The notes below the pieces were generated by a model. That model was not told the DNA's origin. It did no database searches and worked only from the letters and a program-made list of their open reading frames with translations. 64,000 bases of DNA from Eledone cirrhosa (Eukaryota), in NCBI GenBank assembly GCA_964016885.1, contig OZ024749.1:24304001-24368000 (forward strand), given 5' to 3'. The translations under genes and the position numbers were made by a program. Positions 41,645-55,400 of this stretch are shown piece after piece (positions within the stretch are counted from its first letter, which is position 1; each line of letters opens with the position of its first letter).

Positions 41645-42417
41645 AAATGTATGTATAGATATGTATATATGTATATATATATATATATGTATAAATGTAT
41701 GTATAGATATGTATATATATGTATATATATATATAATGTATAAAAATCAATACAATATAATTACCTCATTACCAGAGGTTTCCCGAATGAGGCAAATACG
41801 AAAGAAACGTCTTCATTCGTTCGTCAGACGAGGCAATATAAAACATGGGTAAATACTTGGAAAGTCTCATCAAGAAAATCAAAAAAAGGATATAGACAAA
41901 TGAATTAGAAATTGAAATATATAAAAATCTATCAAGAAATATAGTTAGGTGTGTGTATATGTATGTATATACGCTCACAGATGTGCATATATGTGTATGC
42001 ACATGTGTATACGTATAGTGAAAAAGTGTGCGTAAACATAAAATTTAGGGCAAGTGTATCTGTATGTCTGTAATCTACAGACAGAATAGATACATCATAA
42101 GAATATGAATATGAAGGCGCGCGCATAAACACACCTACATACACGTACGCTTAGATGCGGAAGTAAAAGAGGTAAGGGAGTGTAATAATTAAAGGAAAGT
42201 ATCAATCTCGATATATTTATAAAAATGTAACAATAAATTAGAAAGAAAAATATTAAAGAAAAAAATTTTAAAGAAAAGAAGACAAAAAAGGGGTACATAC
42301 ATACACATACACGCATATATCACAAAAGAAACGCAAAAATATAAATTTTGCTCTGATAATTACATAGAGCACTCTTCACTTCTATGACCTTTTCTGTTTC
42401 CAACGGAAATTTCAATA

Positions 42418-42460
<43 letters not shown>

Positions 42461-42489
42461 AAATGTATGTATAGATATGTATACATGTG

Positions 42490-42529
<40 letters not shown>

Positions 42530-42533
42530 AAAT

Positions 42534-42564
<31 letters not shown>

Positions 42565-42568
42565 AATG

Positions 42569-42601
<33 letters not shown>

Positions 42602-42609
42602 GTATAAAT

Positions 42610-42645
<36 letters not shown>

Positions 42646-42683
42646 GTATAAATGTATATATATATGTATATATATGTATAAAT

Positions 42684-42714
<31 letters not shown>

Positions 42715-42717
42715 AAT

Positions 42718-42753
<36 letters not shown>

Positions 42754-42759
42754 GTATAA

Positions 42760-42809
<50 letters not shown>

Positions 42810-42869
42810 AAATATGTATAAATGTATATATATGTATATATATGTATAAATGTATATATATATATATAT

Positions 42870-43116
42870 ATAGTTGTGTAATAAATAACATAAGGCAATT
42901 ATTCCATTTACCACTGGTTTCTTAAAAGCAAAAGATTTTGCTTTCAATCCTCAGAAAGAAAAAAATCCTCGTCTGTTTATTGAATTTGGATTTTAAAAAC
43001 AAAAATGCAATGTATATGAAAGTGAAGCTGGAGAAGGAAGAAGGAAAGGTAAAATAAAATAAAACTACATATGCAAACACACACACAATAACACGCACAC
43101 ACCCAAAAGCATACAT

Positions 43117-43149
<33 letters not shown>

Positions 43150-43370
43150 CATATATATATACATACACTCATACATACACACACACACATATATACACAC
43201 ATATATGTGTATATAAATACACAAATACTCATACATATACACATATATACATACGCACATAAATATGAACACATCCATACATACAAATACATATATACAA
43301 CCACACACACACATACATACACACATACATACACAGAAACATAAATATAAATACATATACATACACACAT

Positions 43371-43416
<46 letters not shown>

Positions 43417-44007
43417 ATATATATATGTACGAGCATACACATACACAAACATAGCCATACACACATACATATACATACATGCACACAATCATACATATAT
43501 ACACACGTACATACATACACATATATAAATGCACTCCTCTACATATTAACACACGCAAATAAATATAAGAAAAAAAAAAATATATATATGAAAAACAAAT
43601 GTTTGCTAGCGATACAAACGGCGGGTAGCTGGACAGACACGCGTGGAAAGTAATACACACAAAAGCACGTATACACACGTACGAGATAGTAAATACATAC
43701 ACACACTGTCACACATAAATATACATATACAAATACATAAACACATACATACACATACACAAATACATGCACAAACACGCACACGCACACGTATATAATT
43801 ATACACACACATATACACACACATATGTATATATATATATATATATACACATACATATACATATATACATAAATATAAAAATACACACACACATATATAT
43901 GTATACATATACACACACATATACATATATAGCTATACAATTATACACATACAAATACGTACATATCATAAACACGCACAACCAAATACAGACACACACA
44001 CACACAG

Positions 44008-44082
<75 letters not shown>

Positions 44083-44268
44083 TATATATACACATACATA
44101 CACATATACTCAGTCTTAGATAATTCATATGAACCTTACATATATATAGTAGTAAAGTAATAAAGTAATAAGCAACATAAGGCAATTATTCCATTCACCA
44201 GTGGTTTCTTAAAAGCAAAAAAATTTTCCTTCAATCTTCAGAATGAAAAAAACCTGGTCTATCTACAT
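42870..44268 (-). mobile_element. Non-coding element with two direct HHR-bearing repeats around microsatellite-rich DNA (family E)
   Basis: 42885-42970 is similar to 44173-44258. Minus strand: CTGAGGA-ttgaaagcaaaa/ttttgcttttaa-GAAACCA-g-TGGTA. Confidence 0.7.
42902..42960 (-). ncRNA. Type I hammerhead motif (family E); second copy ~44190-44248 has a GUG site
   Basis: 12 bp stem II, stem III ACCA/TGGT, GUA triplet; stem I is imperfect. Confidence 0.72.
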
Positions 44269-44285
44269 ATACATACATATACACA

Positions 44286-44347
<62 letters not shown>

Positions 44348-44529
44348 TATATATATGTATATATATACACATAAATATACATACACATACACATAGGTAT
44401 GTGAAGGGCAAGGCAAAAAGAATATATGGGAGGGGGTGACATAGGAAAAGATGAAATATAAGGGGAGGTAAGTGAGAAAAAAATATAATACAAGAGTACA
44501 GAACGTAGATTCAGCAAAATAAAAAAAAC

Positions 44530-47500
44530 CGTAGCTGAGGCCATGCTGGGGCACCGCCCTTGTTGCTACACTTTTTATCTCCAGCCTGCATAGGTTGACC
44601 ACAGGTGTAAGAGGGAGTTTGTTGCTGCTGCCCTTAGGTTTCCCTCGTGTCTTGCTGTGGGCTCATCCGGGATCCTGAATAACAAGGCGTCGAGATGTTT
44701 CTTGAAGACATCCACCACCATGTCATGCAAATCTCTCAGATCCCTCGGCAGCTTGTTGAAGATTTGAGGGCCCTTGAATCCCAGGCTATTGCAATACCTG
44801 CTCCTTAGTCTAGATGTGGAAGTCGGGACATTTGGCACCACACAATGACGTCCTGTTCGACGTTTGTCCAGCTTCCAAAGTTTGATGCTAGTCCCTCCAG
44901 GATTTTCCACATGTAGATCACTGTGTATCTCTCCCGTCTTCGTTCCAAGGAGTAGAGGTTCAGTTCCTTTAGCCTCTCCCAGTAGCTTGTCTCCCTCATC
45001 TTGGCAATCCTCTTGGTGTAGCTTCGCTCGATTGCCTCAAGCTCCGTGGTTAGTTTGACACTATGGGGTGACCACAACTGGGAGCAGTAGTCCAGGCGGC
45101 TTAGGACAAATGTCCTCCATAGTGTCAACATGGTGTCTCGGTCTCTTGTCCGGAAAGTCCTCAAGATCGAGCCAGCGAGTCGTCTGCACATTGTCGCCAC
45201 TTTCATGATGTGTGAAGAAAAAGATGCATCATCGCTCATATCTATGCCCAGGTCTCGTATCGATTTTGACACGGGGATATCGGTCCCTCCTGTTCCTGTG
45301 TAGTTGTTTTGTACTATATTTGTGTTTGCAGGTTTGTTTGGAGGTTTGTATTGTAGGGCTTGGAATTTGCCAGCATTAAGCTGCATGTTGTTTTCTTCTT
45401 CCCATTTGTATATGGCATCCAGATCTTGCTGTAAAAGGGCACCGTCAGTCGGGTTTTTGATTGCCTGTGCTATCTTTGTGTCATCAGCATAGCTAGTGAG
45501 GGATGATGTTGTATGCACTACAGAGGGTATGTCTATGAGAGCCACCAAAAACAGTAGTGGTCCCAGGTCTGTCCCCTGGGGCACCCCACTTGTTATTGGT
45601 GTTTCCTTTGAGACGGCCCCATTTGCTGTGACTGCCTGGCTTCTTTCCTTTAGGAAGTCATGCAGCCACTCACCTACTTTTCCAGTTATGCCGAGTCTGT
45701 GTAGTTTGTGACATATCATTCCGTGGTCGACCTTGTCAAAGGCTTTCGCAAAGTCAAGATATATCACGTCCACATGTGAGCTGTCTAGAAGTTGTTTCAG
45801 TACCCAGTCGTAGTGATGTAGCAGCTGTGTAAGACAGCTTCTTCCTGGGCGGAAGCCATGTTGCGTGCTAGTCAGGCGGTCATTTTCCTCGAGGAAAATG
45901 ATCAGTTTCTTTCTGACGACTCGCTCCATGACCTTACTGATATGCGACGTCAGGGAGACTGGCCTATAGTTCTTGGCCACCGCTCTGCTACCTCCTTTAT
46001 GGATAGGACATATTGTGCCTTCTTTCAGCTCCCTAGGTATTACACCGCTAGCCAAGGAGTTTCTGAAGAGCATCTTCAGTGGAGTTGCTAAGGCCCGCTT
46101 ACATATTTTTAAGAGAACTGCTGGGAATCCATCAGGTCCAGCAGCGGAGTCTGTTCTAATTTCATCAATGGCGTACACCACATCCTCCTCTGTATTGTCT
46201 ATGTGGTTGATGGTTGCCATTTCTTCATGTAGTGTTGTTGCATCAAAGAACTCCTCTGGCTTCGTTATTAGCATGTGCCTCAGTGGACATGTGAACACAC
46301 TTGTACTGTTCGTTCAGTATTTCACATATCTCTTGTGGGTTTTCGGTTAATGAACCGTCCGTATGGAAGAGAGGCCCAATCTTGCAGTGTACTGAGGCTG
46401 TTTATTTTGCAAATTTAAAGAAGGCCTTAGGGTTTGTTTTAATGTTTTCTATGGCCCTGTTCTCTTTCTTTGCCCTCTCATTCTCTTGGGAAAGCTTGAG
46501 TGCAATCTCGGTGCCACGTAATGCACATTTCAAATAGGATTCCTTCTATTTTTTTGTTTTGTTGACTATTCAACTGGTCTGAAAGTTTGGTTCTACGTCT
46601 CATAAGGAATTTCCTATCTCTGGGAATAAGAATTTTGTGTCTGTTTGCCTTTTTTCTCCGGGACAAACTTTTTGCATATAGTGTGTATCGTTGTCATGAA
46701 GTGTTGAAATTGTGTGTTAGTGTCTTGTGTGGCGGTCTTTTCACTCCATGTTTGCTTCCAGATTTCTCTCTTAATCTTTTTCCAGTTAGCCTTGTAGAAG
46801 TTAAGGCTGGATAACGTCCCGGAGCTTCTTGGTGGTTTTGTCTCTGTTGGTTCTCTTGGACCACATATCATTAGCTCTACTAAGTTATGATCCGAGATTA
46901 TTGTTGGTGTCACCTTTACATTGTGGATGAGCAGTTCGTTGTTTCTAAAACAGAGGTCCAGGACATTTTCGCCTCTTGTTGGAAGGAGTATTGCTTGCTC
47001 CATGAACAGCCTGTGTGTGAGGGCCAGCAGGGATTCCCTCTGTCTCTGTTCTATTGACGTAATCGAGGGAGGAAGTGGCCCTCAGGCCATTTGACCTTTG
47101 GTAGGTTGAAGTCTCCCAGCAGTTGAAGTCTCCCAGTTTGTCAAGGACCTCTTCTATCCTATTTAAGCTATCCTCAAATTTACCCTCATGACTGGGGGCA
47201 TCGGACGGCCGATATGTGACACATTTTACTGTCTGTAGTTGCTTCATATGTACTATCAGTGTGTCACAGACTGAGTTTTAATGTGTCAACAGTACAATTG
47301 ATGTGACATCTTCACGGATATACAGAGCAACCCCACCATGAGTTTTCGCCTTCCTGTCCGAACGAAATACAGTATATTTCGGTATATCTATTTCTGCATC
47401 TGCTATACTGCTTGTCAGGTGCGTTTCGGTTAGTGCCATGCATAATGCTTGATTGCTTATGGCTAAGTCTCCCAGGTAGGAAATTTTACTCATGTTACTG

Positions 47501-47578
47501 AGTTTCACCAGGTATCTAGCATTCAGCAGCAGCACTGGTGTGAATTTTGGGATGCCAGTAATGGCTGTCGGTATGACA
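44530..47578 (-). mobile_element. Decayed CR1-group LINE ORF2 (APE + RT)
   Basis: APE motifs ALTETHL, GGVALYI, GDFN, LDL, SDH. RT motifs GPDG, NYRPVSLTS, QHGFR, YLDFAKAFDKVDH, GVPQG, YADD; also SYWERLKELNLYSLERRR. Several frameshifts. Confidence 0.9.
44805..46298 (-). pseudogene. LINE reverse transcriptase domain (CR1 group)
   Basis: 497 aa open stretch containing all RT core motifs. Confidence 0.9.
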
Positions 47579-47594
47579 CCTATATACACAGACA

Positions 47595-47635
<41 letters not shown>

Positions 47636-47688
47636 GTATGTCTGTGTATATATATATATATATGTATGTCTGTGTATATATATATATG

Positions 47689-47737
<49 letters not shown>

Positions 47738-47804
47738 GAAGTGGTGCTCTGAAATAGCTATATATATATGAATGTATATATAGTGTATTTTGCAATACAC
47801 TTTA

Positions 47805-48258
<454 letters not shown>

Positions 48259-48281
48259 TGTGTGTGTATGTATATATATAT

Positions 48282-48365
<84 letters not shown>

Positions 48366-48366
48366 T

Positions 48367-48397
<31 letters not shown>

Positions 48398-48576
48398 GTG
48401 TATGTGTGTGTATGTGTGTATATATAAATATATATATGTATGTGTGTGTGTATATATATGTATGTATGTGTGTATATATATATATGTGTATGTGTGTATA
48501 TATATGTATGTGTATATATATATATATGTATGTATGTGTGTATATATATGTGTGTATATATATATGTGTATATATA

Positions 48577-48621
<45 letters not shown>

Positions 48622-48710
48622 GTATGTATGTGTATATATATATATGTGTATATATATATATATATGTATGTGTATATATATGTATGTGTATATATATATA
48701 TATATGTATG

Positions 48711-48761
<51 letters not shown>

Positions 48762-48884
48762 GTATATATATATGTATGTATGTGTGCATATATATATATA
48801 TATATGTATGTATGTGTATATATATATATATATACATATGTATGTGTATATATATATGTATGTATGTGTATATATATATGTATG

Positions 48885-48926
<42 letters not shown>

Positions 48927-49150
48927 CTGGGAGTGAAGAACCCCTAGCCCTTATCAGGCCATTCTTCTAGGAGAAGGCATCTCAGGAAAGTGGGTTAACT
49001 CCGACATAAATCCTGCGGCTCAGTAGTTACCGATGATGTTGATCTTTTCTTCTTTTCGGGTTAAAGCTACTGAGAGTGGGATTGGCTCAGTGCACAGTCT
49101 TTCCTCACTTTAAAAATATTCGTCACGCACAGGCATTGCACGAGTTCATT
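48927..49150 (+). mobile_element. Non-coding interspersed repeat fragment, homologous to 56750-56945
   Basis: Shared blocks ttctaggagaagg, atgatgttga, gagagtggga.tggct and gcacaggcattgc. Confidence 0.6.
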
Positions 49151-49169
49151 AATAATTATTAATAGTGTA

Positions 49170-52003
49170 CTATTATTATTATTATTATTATTGTTGTTAT
49201 TCCTTGAATCTCAGTCATTGATGTTGGTTAACTGGAAAGTCCGTTGGATTGAATATCAAGCCACTACCTGCAGCCTCAGATATTCAGGACGTATCGGAGG
49301 GTTCTTGCTGTTCCAAGCAAGCATGCCTTTTGAAGCGTTCCAAAAAGCGTGAAGGGGCCGATTTTCTTTAACCATCCCTGGAAACTTTTGGAGATAGTCC
49401 CCAGTGTGCCTATGACAATCGGGATCACTTTGACTTCATGGTAGTTCCAAATCCTTTTCACCTCCCACTTTAGGTCCTGGTATCGGTTAATTTTCTCCCT
49501 CTCCTTCTCTTGCACTCTCGTGTCGAACGGGCAGGCCACATCCACAATCAGACACGATCTTTTTTCTTTGTCCACAACCACCAGGTCAGGTCTATTGTGT
49601 TCCAGTTTTTTGTCCGTCTGTATCCTAAAATCCCACAGCACCTTCACCTGATTGTTCTCCATCACCGCCTCTGGCCTATGCTCATACCATTTCTCAGAAT
49701 GTGGTAAATTGTTTACTTTGCACAGGTGCCAGTGGATCACCCTGCCCATCACATCGTGTCTCCAGCCCTTATAGTGGGTCTGGGCTAGGTGTTTACACTC
49801 GGACACAATGTGAGCCACAGTCTCCTCTCTCTCTCCACAGATCCTGCACAGTGGGCTAGCCTCCTCCTTGTAGATATGGTGCTTCAACCACTTCGTTTTG
49901 AGGGCCTGCTCCTGCGCAGCCATTAGCATTCCTTCTGTAGACTTTTTGAGGTCTCCTCTTCTCAACCAGTTCCATGTCTGTGGATCTCTAAATTCAGTTT
50001 TCTCAAAGAAGGTACTAAGAAGGGATTTTCCCTTAAGGCTGCTCTTCCTCCTTGATGTTATTTCCTCCTTGGACATCCCCTGGCCTACTGTCCCCTCCTT
50101 CAGTACAATTCTGAGCATTGGCTCCTTACTATAGGTCACGTATTTGTATAGGTTGTTTTTCTCCATCTGAACACAGTCCTCTATGCTGATAAGACCTCTT
50201 CCACCCTCAGATCTCCTTAGGTAGAGTCTATCGACATCATTCCTCCTGTGGAACATGTTGTAGATAGTCAATAGCTTCCTAGTCTTCCTATCCATTTCTT
50301 TTTGTTCAGCAACATTCCATCTCAGAATTCCCGCACTGTACCTAATAATAGACACAGCTCGGGAATTTACTGCGCTTATGGCATTTCTGCTGTTCAGATG
50401 TGACTTCAATACGCTCCTTACTCTCCGAATGTATTCAGTTCTTAACAATTCCTTCATTTTTTTGTTCTTTATGCCATCAGCCTCCAGAACGCCCAAATAC
50501 TTGTATCCTTCCTCAGAGTCAATTTCCTTTATCATCTCACCTGTTGGTATCTGGATCCCGTTACTTCTGCTCAACCTACCCCTCTTCATCACAATGACTC
50601 CACATTTACCAATACCAAACTGCATACATATATCACTGCTGAAAATACGGACAGTGTCAACAAGCACATCCAACTCCTTCTCACTTTTCCCGAAGAGCTT
50701 AAGATCGTCCATGAAGAGGAGGTGATTGATGGTAAGCTCTCCCCTTCCCAACTTGTATCCTGCTCTCACTTTTCTCAGCATAATGGTCAAGGGCATCAGG
50801 GCAAGGACAAACAACAGAGGGGACAGGCTATCTCCCTGGAAGATACCTCTCTTGATCTTCACGCTTCCCAAGGATACTCCAGTTGATGTCAACTCTGTCT
50901 CCCAGGACCCCATACTCCTGCCTAGCAACTGTCTGATGTTATCTGCCACCCTGAAGATCTCCAGGCTTTTGGTGATCCAGGAATGAGGCACCATGTCAAA
51001 TGCCTTTCTGTAGTCTATCCATCCCATGGCAAGATCAGTGTGTCTCCTCCTGCAATTCCCCATTACCATCTTATCAATAAGTAACTGGTCCTTTGTACCA
51101 CATGACTTCTTTCGGCACCCTTTCTGTTCGTCCGGTAACAAGTTGTTTGTGTGGAGGTGATGGTAGATTTCCTCAGACACAATGCTCGTCAACAGTTTCC
51201 ACATTACGGACAGACATGTGAGAGGTCTATAGTTGGTAACATCATTACCCTTGATTCGGTCTTTCATTATCAGAACTGTGGTACCTTTTGTCAACCACTC
51301 TGGCACCTCACCCGACACCAAGCAGTCATTGAACATGGCCGTCAGCTTCGGGTGGAGGGATGTTAAATGTTTAATCCAATACCCCTGCACACCATCTGGG
51401 CCTGGTGATTTCCAGTTGGTTAGTTTTTTGGCCTGCCCCTTAAGAGTTTCAACTGTGATACTCAAATCAGTTTGTTGTTGTGCCTGCTCACCGATCTCCC
51501 TCTGTACTGTCTCAATCCACCCTGCCTGGGCATTGTGTCTAACATCCTGCTCCCATATTCCTCTCCAGAATGTTTTAGTTTGCTCCGCCCCAGGGATCAA
51601 GTCGTTGCCTCTTTCTTTCCCCTCAAGCTGTCCAAACAGCATCTTCTGGTTGTTGTCGAACATGCGGTTCTGTTTATACTGACTGACTCTGTTCTCGTAT
51701 CGCCTGATTTTTGCACTCTTTGCTACAATGCGTTGCTTCAGTTCCTCTATGATAATATTTAGCTTTTTCCTCCTAGTTTTGTATTTTATTTCCAGCCTAT
51801 TTTTAGTGCCTATGTTTTTTAGTGTCCCATTCAGTAGTGACTCAAGCTTTCCTATGTCATTTCTCATTTCCCCGATTTGCCCACTCAGTCGCTTCTTCCA
51901 CCACGGCTCTGCTCTTTCTTGTCTGTTGTTTCCTCACGCTTTTATACCAAGTAGTTTCCTCACCGTATTTGCTGTTGCTTTGAGGATATTGTTGCACTGG
52001 TGA
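49170..52003 (-). mobile_element. R4/Dong-clade non-LTR retrotransposon (RLE type), 5'-truncated
   Basis: RT plus C-terminal CCHC and restriction-like endonuclease. The 3' end abuts (TAA)n at ~49170-49190. Confidence 0.88.
49276..51867 (-). CDS. RT + restriction-like endonuclease ORF (863 aa, open)
   Basis: WKSPGPDG, NYRPLTCL, EQKGC, WIDYRKAFDMVPH, GIFQGDSLSP, FMDDLK, YKYLG; CRIC...HIVSEC, RHD, RPDLVV, DVACP, K..RY. Confidence 0.93.
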   Translation of the reverse strand: MRNDIGKLESLLNGTLKNIGTKNRLEIKYKTRRKKLNIIIEELKQRIVAKSAKIRRYENRVSQYKQNRMFDNNQKMLFGQLEGKERGNDLIPGAEQTKTFWRGIWEQDVRHNAQAGWIETVQREIGEQAQQQTDLSITVETLKGQAKKLTNWKSPGPDGVQGYWIKHLTSLHPKLTAMFNDCLVSGEVPEWLTKGTTVLIMKDRIKGNDVTNYRPLTCLSVMWKLLTSIVSEEIYHHLHTNNLLPDEQKGCRKKSCGTKDQLLIDKMVMGNCRRRHTDLAMGWIDYRKAFDMVPHSWITKSLEIFRVADNIRQLLGRSMGSWETELTSTGVSLGSVKIKRGIFQGDSLSPLLFVLALMPLTIMLRKVRAGYKLGRGELTINHLLFMDDLKLFGKSEKELDVLVDTVRIFSSDICMQFGIGKCGVIVMKRGRLSRSNGIQIPTGEMIKEIDSEEGYKYLGVLEADGIKNKKMKELLRTEYIRRVRSVLKSHLNSRNAISAVNSRAVSIIRYSAGILRWNVAEQKEMDRKTRKLLTIYNMFHRRNDVDRLYLRRSEGGRGLISIEDCVQMEKNNLYKYVTYSKEPMLRIVLKEGTVGQGMSKEEITSRRKSSLKGKSLLSTFFEKTEFRDPQTWNWLRRGDLKKSTEGMLMAAQEQALKTKWLKHHIYKEEASPLCRICGEREETVAHIVSECKHLAQTHYKGWRHDVMGRVIHWHLCKVNNLPHSEKWYEHRPEAVMENNQVKVLWDFRIQTDKKLEHNRPDLVVVDKEKRSCLIVDVACPFDTRVQEKEREKINRYQDLKWEVKRIWNYHEVKVIPIVIGTLGTISKSFQGWLKKIGPFTLFGTLQKACLLGTARTLRYVLNI

Positions 52004-52268
52004 AGCAGCGTCCGTACGTTCCAGCAGCCAAGACTAAATGCCTTGTTTGGCTCTATTACAATGGCACGATGACGAGCGGGCCCAGGCTGTGATAACCTGG
52101 GGTCCCAAAGGAGCTTCGACGTTACGATCTTGACATCGTGGCTTTATCTGAGACAAGGTTAGCTGGAGATGGTCATCTTACGGAATTTTGTGGAGAATAT
52201 ACATTCTTCTGGAAAGGAAGAGATGAAGGAACCAGAAGAGAGGCTGGGGTAGGATTTGCTGTTAAGGG
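52003..52268. repeat. Rearranged duplicate of RTE 5' sequence
   Basis: 52003-52107 is the reverse complement of ~52443-52547; 52107-52260 matches 52595-52748. Confidence 0.85.
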
Positions 52269-52306
<38 letters not shown>

Positions 52307-52439
52307 TATTACTATTATTTTTTTTTTACATTTTTTTATTTTTTTATTTTTTTTTCCCAATTCAATGATGTTCCAGAACAATATAAAAGAGATAATTGGC
52401 AATTTAGGTTCTGGAACAAAAAACATAATTGGCAATAAG

Positions 52440-55400
52440 GACTGGGACCCCAGCTTATCACAACCTGGGCCCGCTCGTCATCGTGCCATTGTAATAGAGC
52501 CAAACAAGGCATTTAGTCTTGGCTGCTGGAACGTACGGACGCTGCTTGACAGGGATTCCTTGGAGCGTCCTGAACGAAGGACCGCTCTTGTTGCAAAGGA
52601 GCTTCGACGTTACGATCTTGACATCGTGGCTTTATCTGAGACGAGGTTAGCTGGAGATGGTCATCTTACGGAATTTTGTGGAGAATATACATTCTTCTGG
52701 AAAGGAAGAGATGAAGGAACCAGAAGAGAGGCTGGGGAAGGATTTGCTTGTGAATAAATTAGAAGAATTCCCAGTAGGGATTAGTGAGCGTCTTATGCCC
52801 ATGAGAGTTCCGCTGGACAAAGGAAGATATGCTACACTGGTGAGTGTGTATGCTCCAACTATGAATTCTGTCGATGAAGAAAAAGTGTCCTTTTACCATG
52901 CCTTGAAAAGTTTTTTTTTTTTTTTTTTTTTTTAAGAAATATCCCTCAGGCAGACAAAGTCATCGTGCTTGGTGACTTTAATGCTAGCGTGGGTAGGGAT
53001 TTTAACACAGGGAATGTAATCGGAAGGCATGGGGTGGGAAAGTGAAACAACAATGGTATACTCCTGCTGCAGATGTGTGAGGAGCTGGATCTGTGTGTTA
53101 CCAACACCATGTTCCAACAAAATACCAAATTCAAGACCACATGGATGCAACCTGCATCTAAGGAATGGCATCTTTTGGACTACGTCCTAGTCAGTATGCG
53201 TGACAGACAGGATGTGCAGTGTGTTCGTGTTCTTCGTGGAGCTGAGTGCTGGACGGACCACCACCTGGTACGCACAAAAGTGAAACTAATCACTAAACGT
53301 AAAATCCGGGCTTCTGGTGTTGCGCTGTCCAAAAGATTGAATGCTGCTCGTCTTAAGGATAAGAATGTGAAGAGGACATTGGAAGAAGAGATGCAGGCTG
53401 CAGATCTTGGTGAGGATTGGCCGACCCTTAAAAAGTCGGTTTATGATGTAGGCAAGCGTGTTCTGGGATTGGTGCAGAGAAAACATCAGGACTGGTTTAA
53501 TGAGAATGATGTACATATAGAAGACTTGTTGGCTGATAAGAGGCGTTCTCTGTCACGCTACTTGACGGCAAAACCACAGGAGAGGAATACGTTGCATGAG
53601 GTACTCAGGGATGTAAAATCACGTGTTAGGCGGAGTCTTTCTCAGATGAAGGATCAGTGGTGGAGTGAGAAGGCTGGTGAGATACAAACTGCGTCAGATT
53701 CCAATAACACAAAGCTGTTGTACAGTCTCTTGCGTGAGGTTTATGGACCGTCTTCTTCTTTGGTGACACCGCTTCGCAGCAAGGATGGCAAAGAACTTCT
53801 TCGTGACTCACAAGGAATTCTACGAAGGTGGCGAGAGCACTTTGATGATCTTTTGAATCAGCCGTCTGTCGTCCGTGAAGATTTCCTCAATCTCATTCCA
53901 GAAAGTCCTGTGAAAGTAGCTCTCGCAGAACCTCCGACGCTTGTGGAGGTTGCAGTGGTTATTTCGAAGCTGAACAGTGAAGATCTCCAGGTATGTATGG
54001 CATACATGCTGAGCTCCTACAGTATGGTGGTGAGAGACTCATGCAACATCTTCACTCTTTGTTTGGCAGGATATGGGCTAATGAATCCGTACCTGAGGAC
54101 TGGAGAGATGCAGTAATGGTGGTCTTGTACAAGGGAAATTGTAACAGGAATGATTGTAGGAACTACAGAGGTATATCATTGCTTTCTGTCGTAGGGAAAG
54201 TTTTATGTATGGTGCTTCTGGACCGTCTGCAGATTGTGTTCTTCCTGAAAGTCAATCTGGTTTTCGTGCTGGACGCGGCACTACTGATATGATCTTCTCA
54301 GCTAGACAGTTCCAGGAGAAGTGCATGGAACAAGGCTTGGATCTGTATCAGGTTTTTGTCGATCTGACAAAAGCTTTCGATACTGTTAACAGAGAAGCAT
54401 TATGGAAGGTTCTCCAGAAACTTGGTTGCCCTGATAAGTTCCTTGCTTTAGTTAGGTCTTTCCATGGGTTAATGTCGGAGGTAACATGTCGGAACCTATC
54501 TCGTTAAAAAATAGAGTGAAACAGGGGATATTCCAGCACCGACCCTGTTAGCCATATATTTTGCAATGGTTTTCTGTATTGCATTCAGGAATTGCGAGCA
54601 TGGTGTTTACATCCTATAACGAACCTCAGGCAGCATATTTAACATCAGGCGCTTTGCTGCGAAGACAAAAGTATTTATATCAATCATAAGAGACCACTTG
54701 TATGCAGATGATTGCGATCTTGTAGCGCACACAGAGAGTGATATGCAGCACATTTTGAATGCATTTTCTGACGCTTGCACTGCCCTAGGATTGACTGTCA
54801 GTCTCAAGAAAACCGTCGTCATGTACCAACCTGCCCCTGGTAAGCAGTACACTGAACAAAATATCTATGTGTATGGCAAACGACATGGAGTGGTTGATCA
54901 GTTTGTCTACCTGGGAAGCACTGTCGATCGATACAGCAATCTTGACAGTGAAATCTCACTTAGAATTAGGAAAGCAAGTGATGCTTTCGGAAAGCTAGAA
55001 AGGCGACTCTGGGGTCGGCGAGACATATGCAGCAGGACAAAGGTAATGGTGTACAGGGCATGTGTGGTCTCTTGTCTTCTTTATGCCTGCGAGACCTGGG
55101 TCACATATCGACACCACCTTAAGCAATTGGAGCGTTTCCATCAGATGTGTCTCAGACGGATCCATGGCTTTCACTGGAGGGACCACATCAGTGATGTCGA
55201 GATTTTGGAAAGCTCTATTTGTGACAGTATAGAAGCTCTTGTGCTTAAGCAACGACTCCGTTGGAGTGGTCACCTTGCCAGGGTGAAGGATTCTAGAATA
55301 CCAAAACAACTCTTTTATGGAGAGTTGGTTAAAGGAAAAACGACTGCCACATAAACCAAAAAAGAGGTATAAAGATTCCTTGAAAGCCTCTCTGAAAGAC

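Noticed and set aside
41740-42420. Possible coding or ribozyme fragment
   Set aside because: No recognisable protein motif, and no CUGANGA partner for the GAAAC..GTC on the minus strand.
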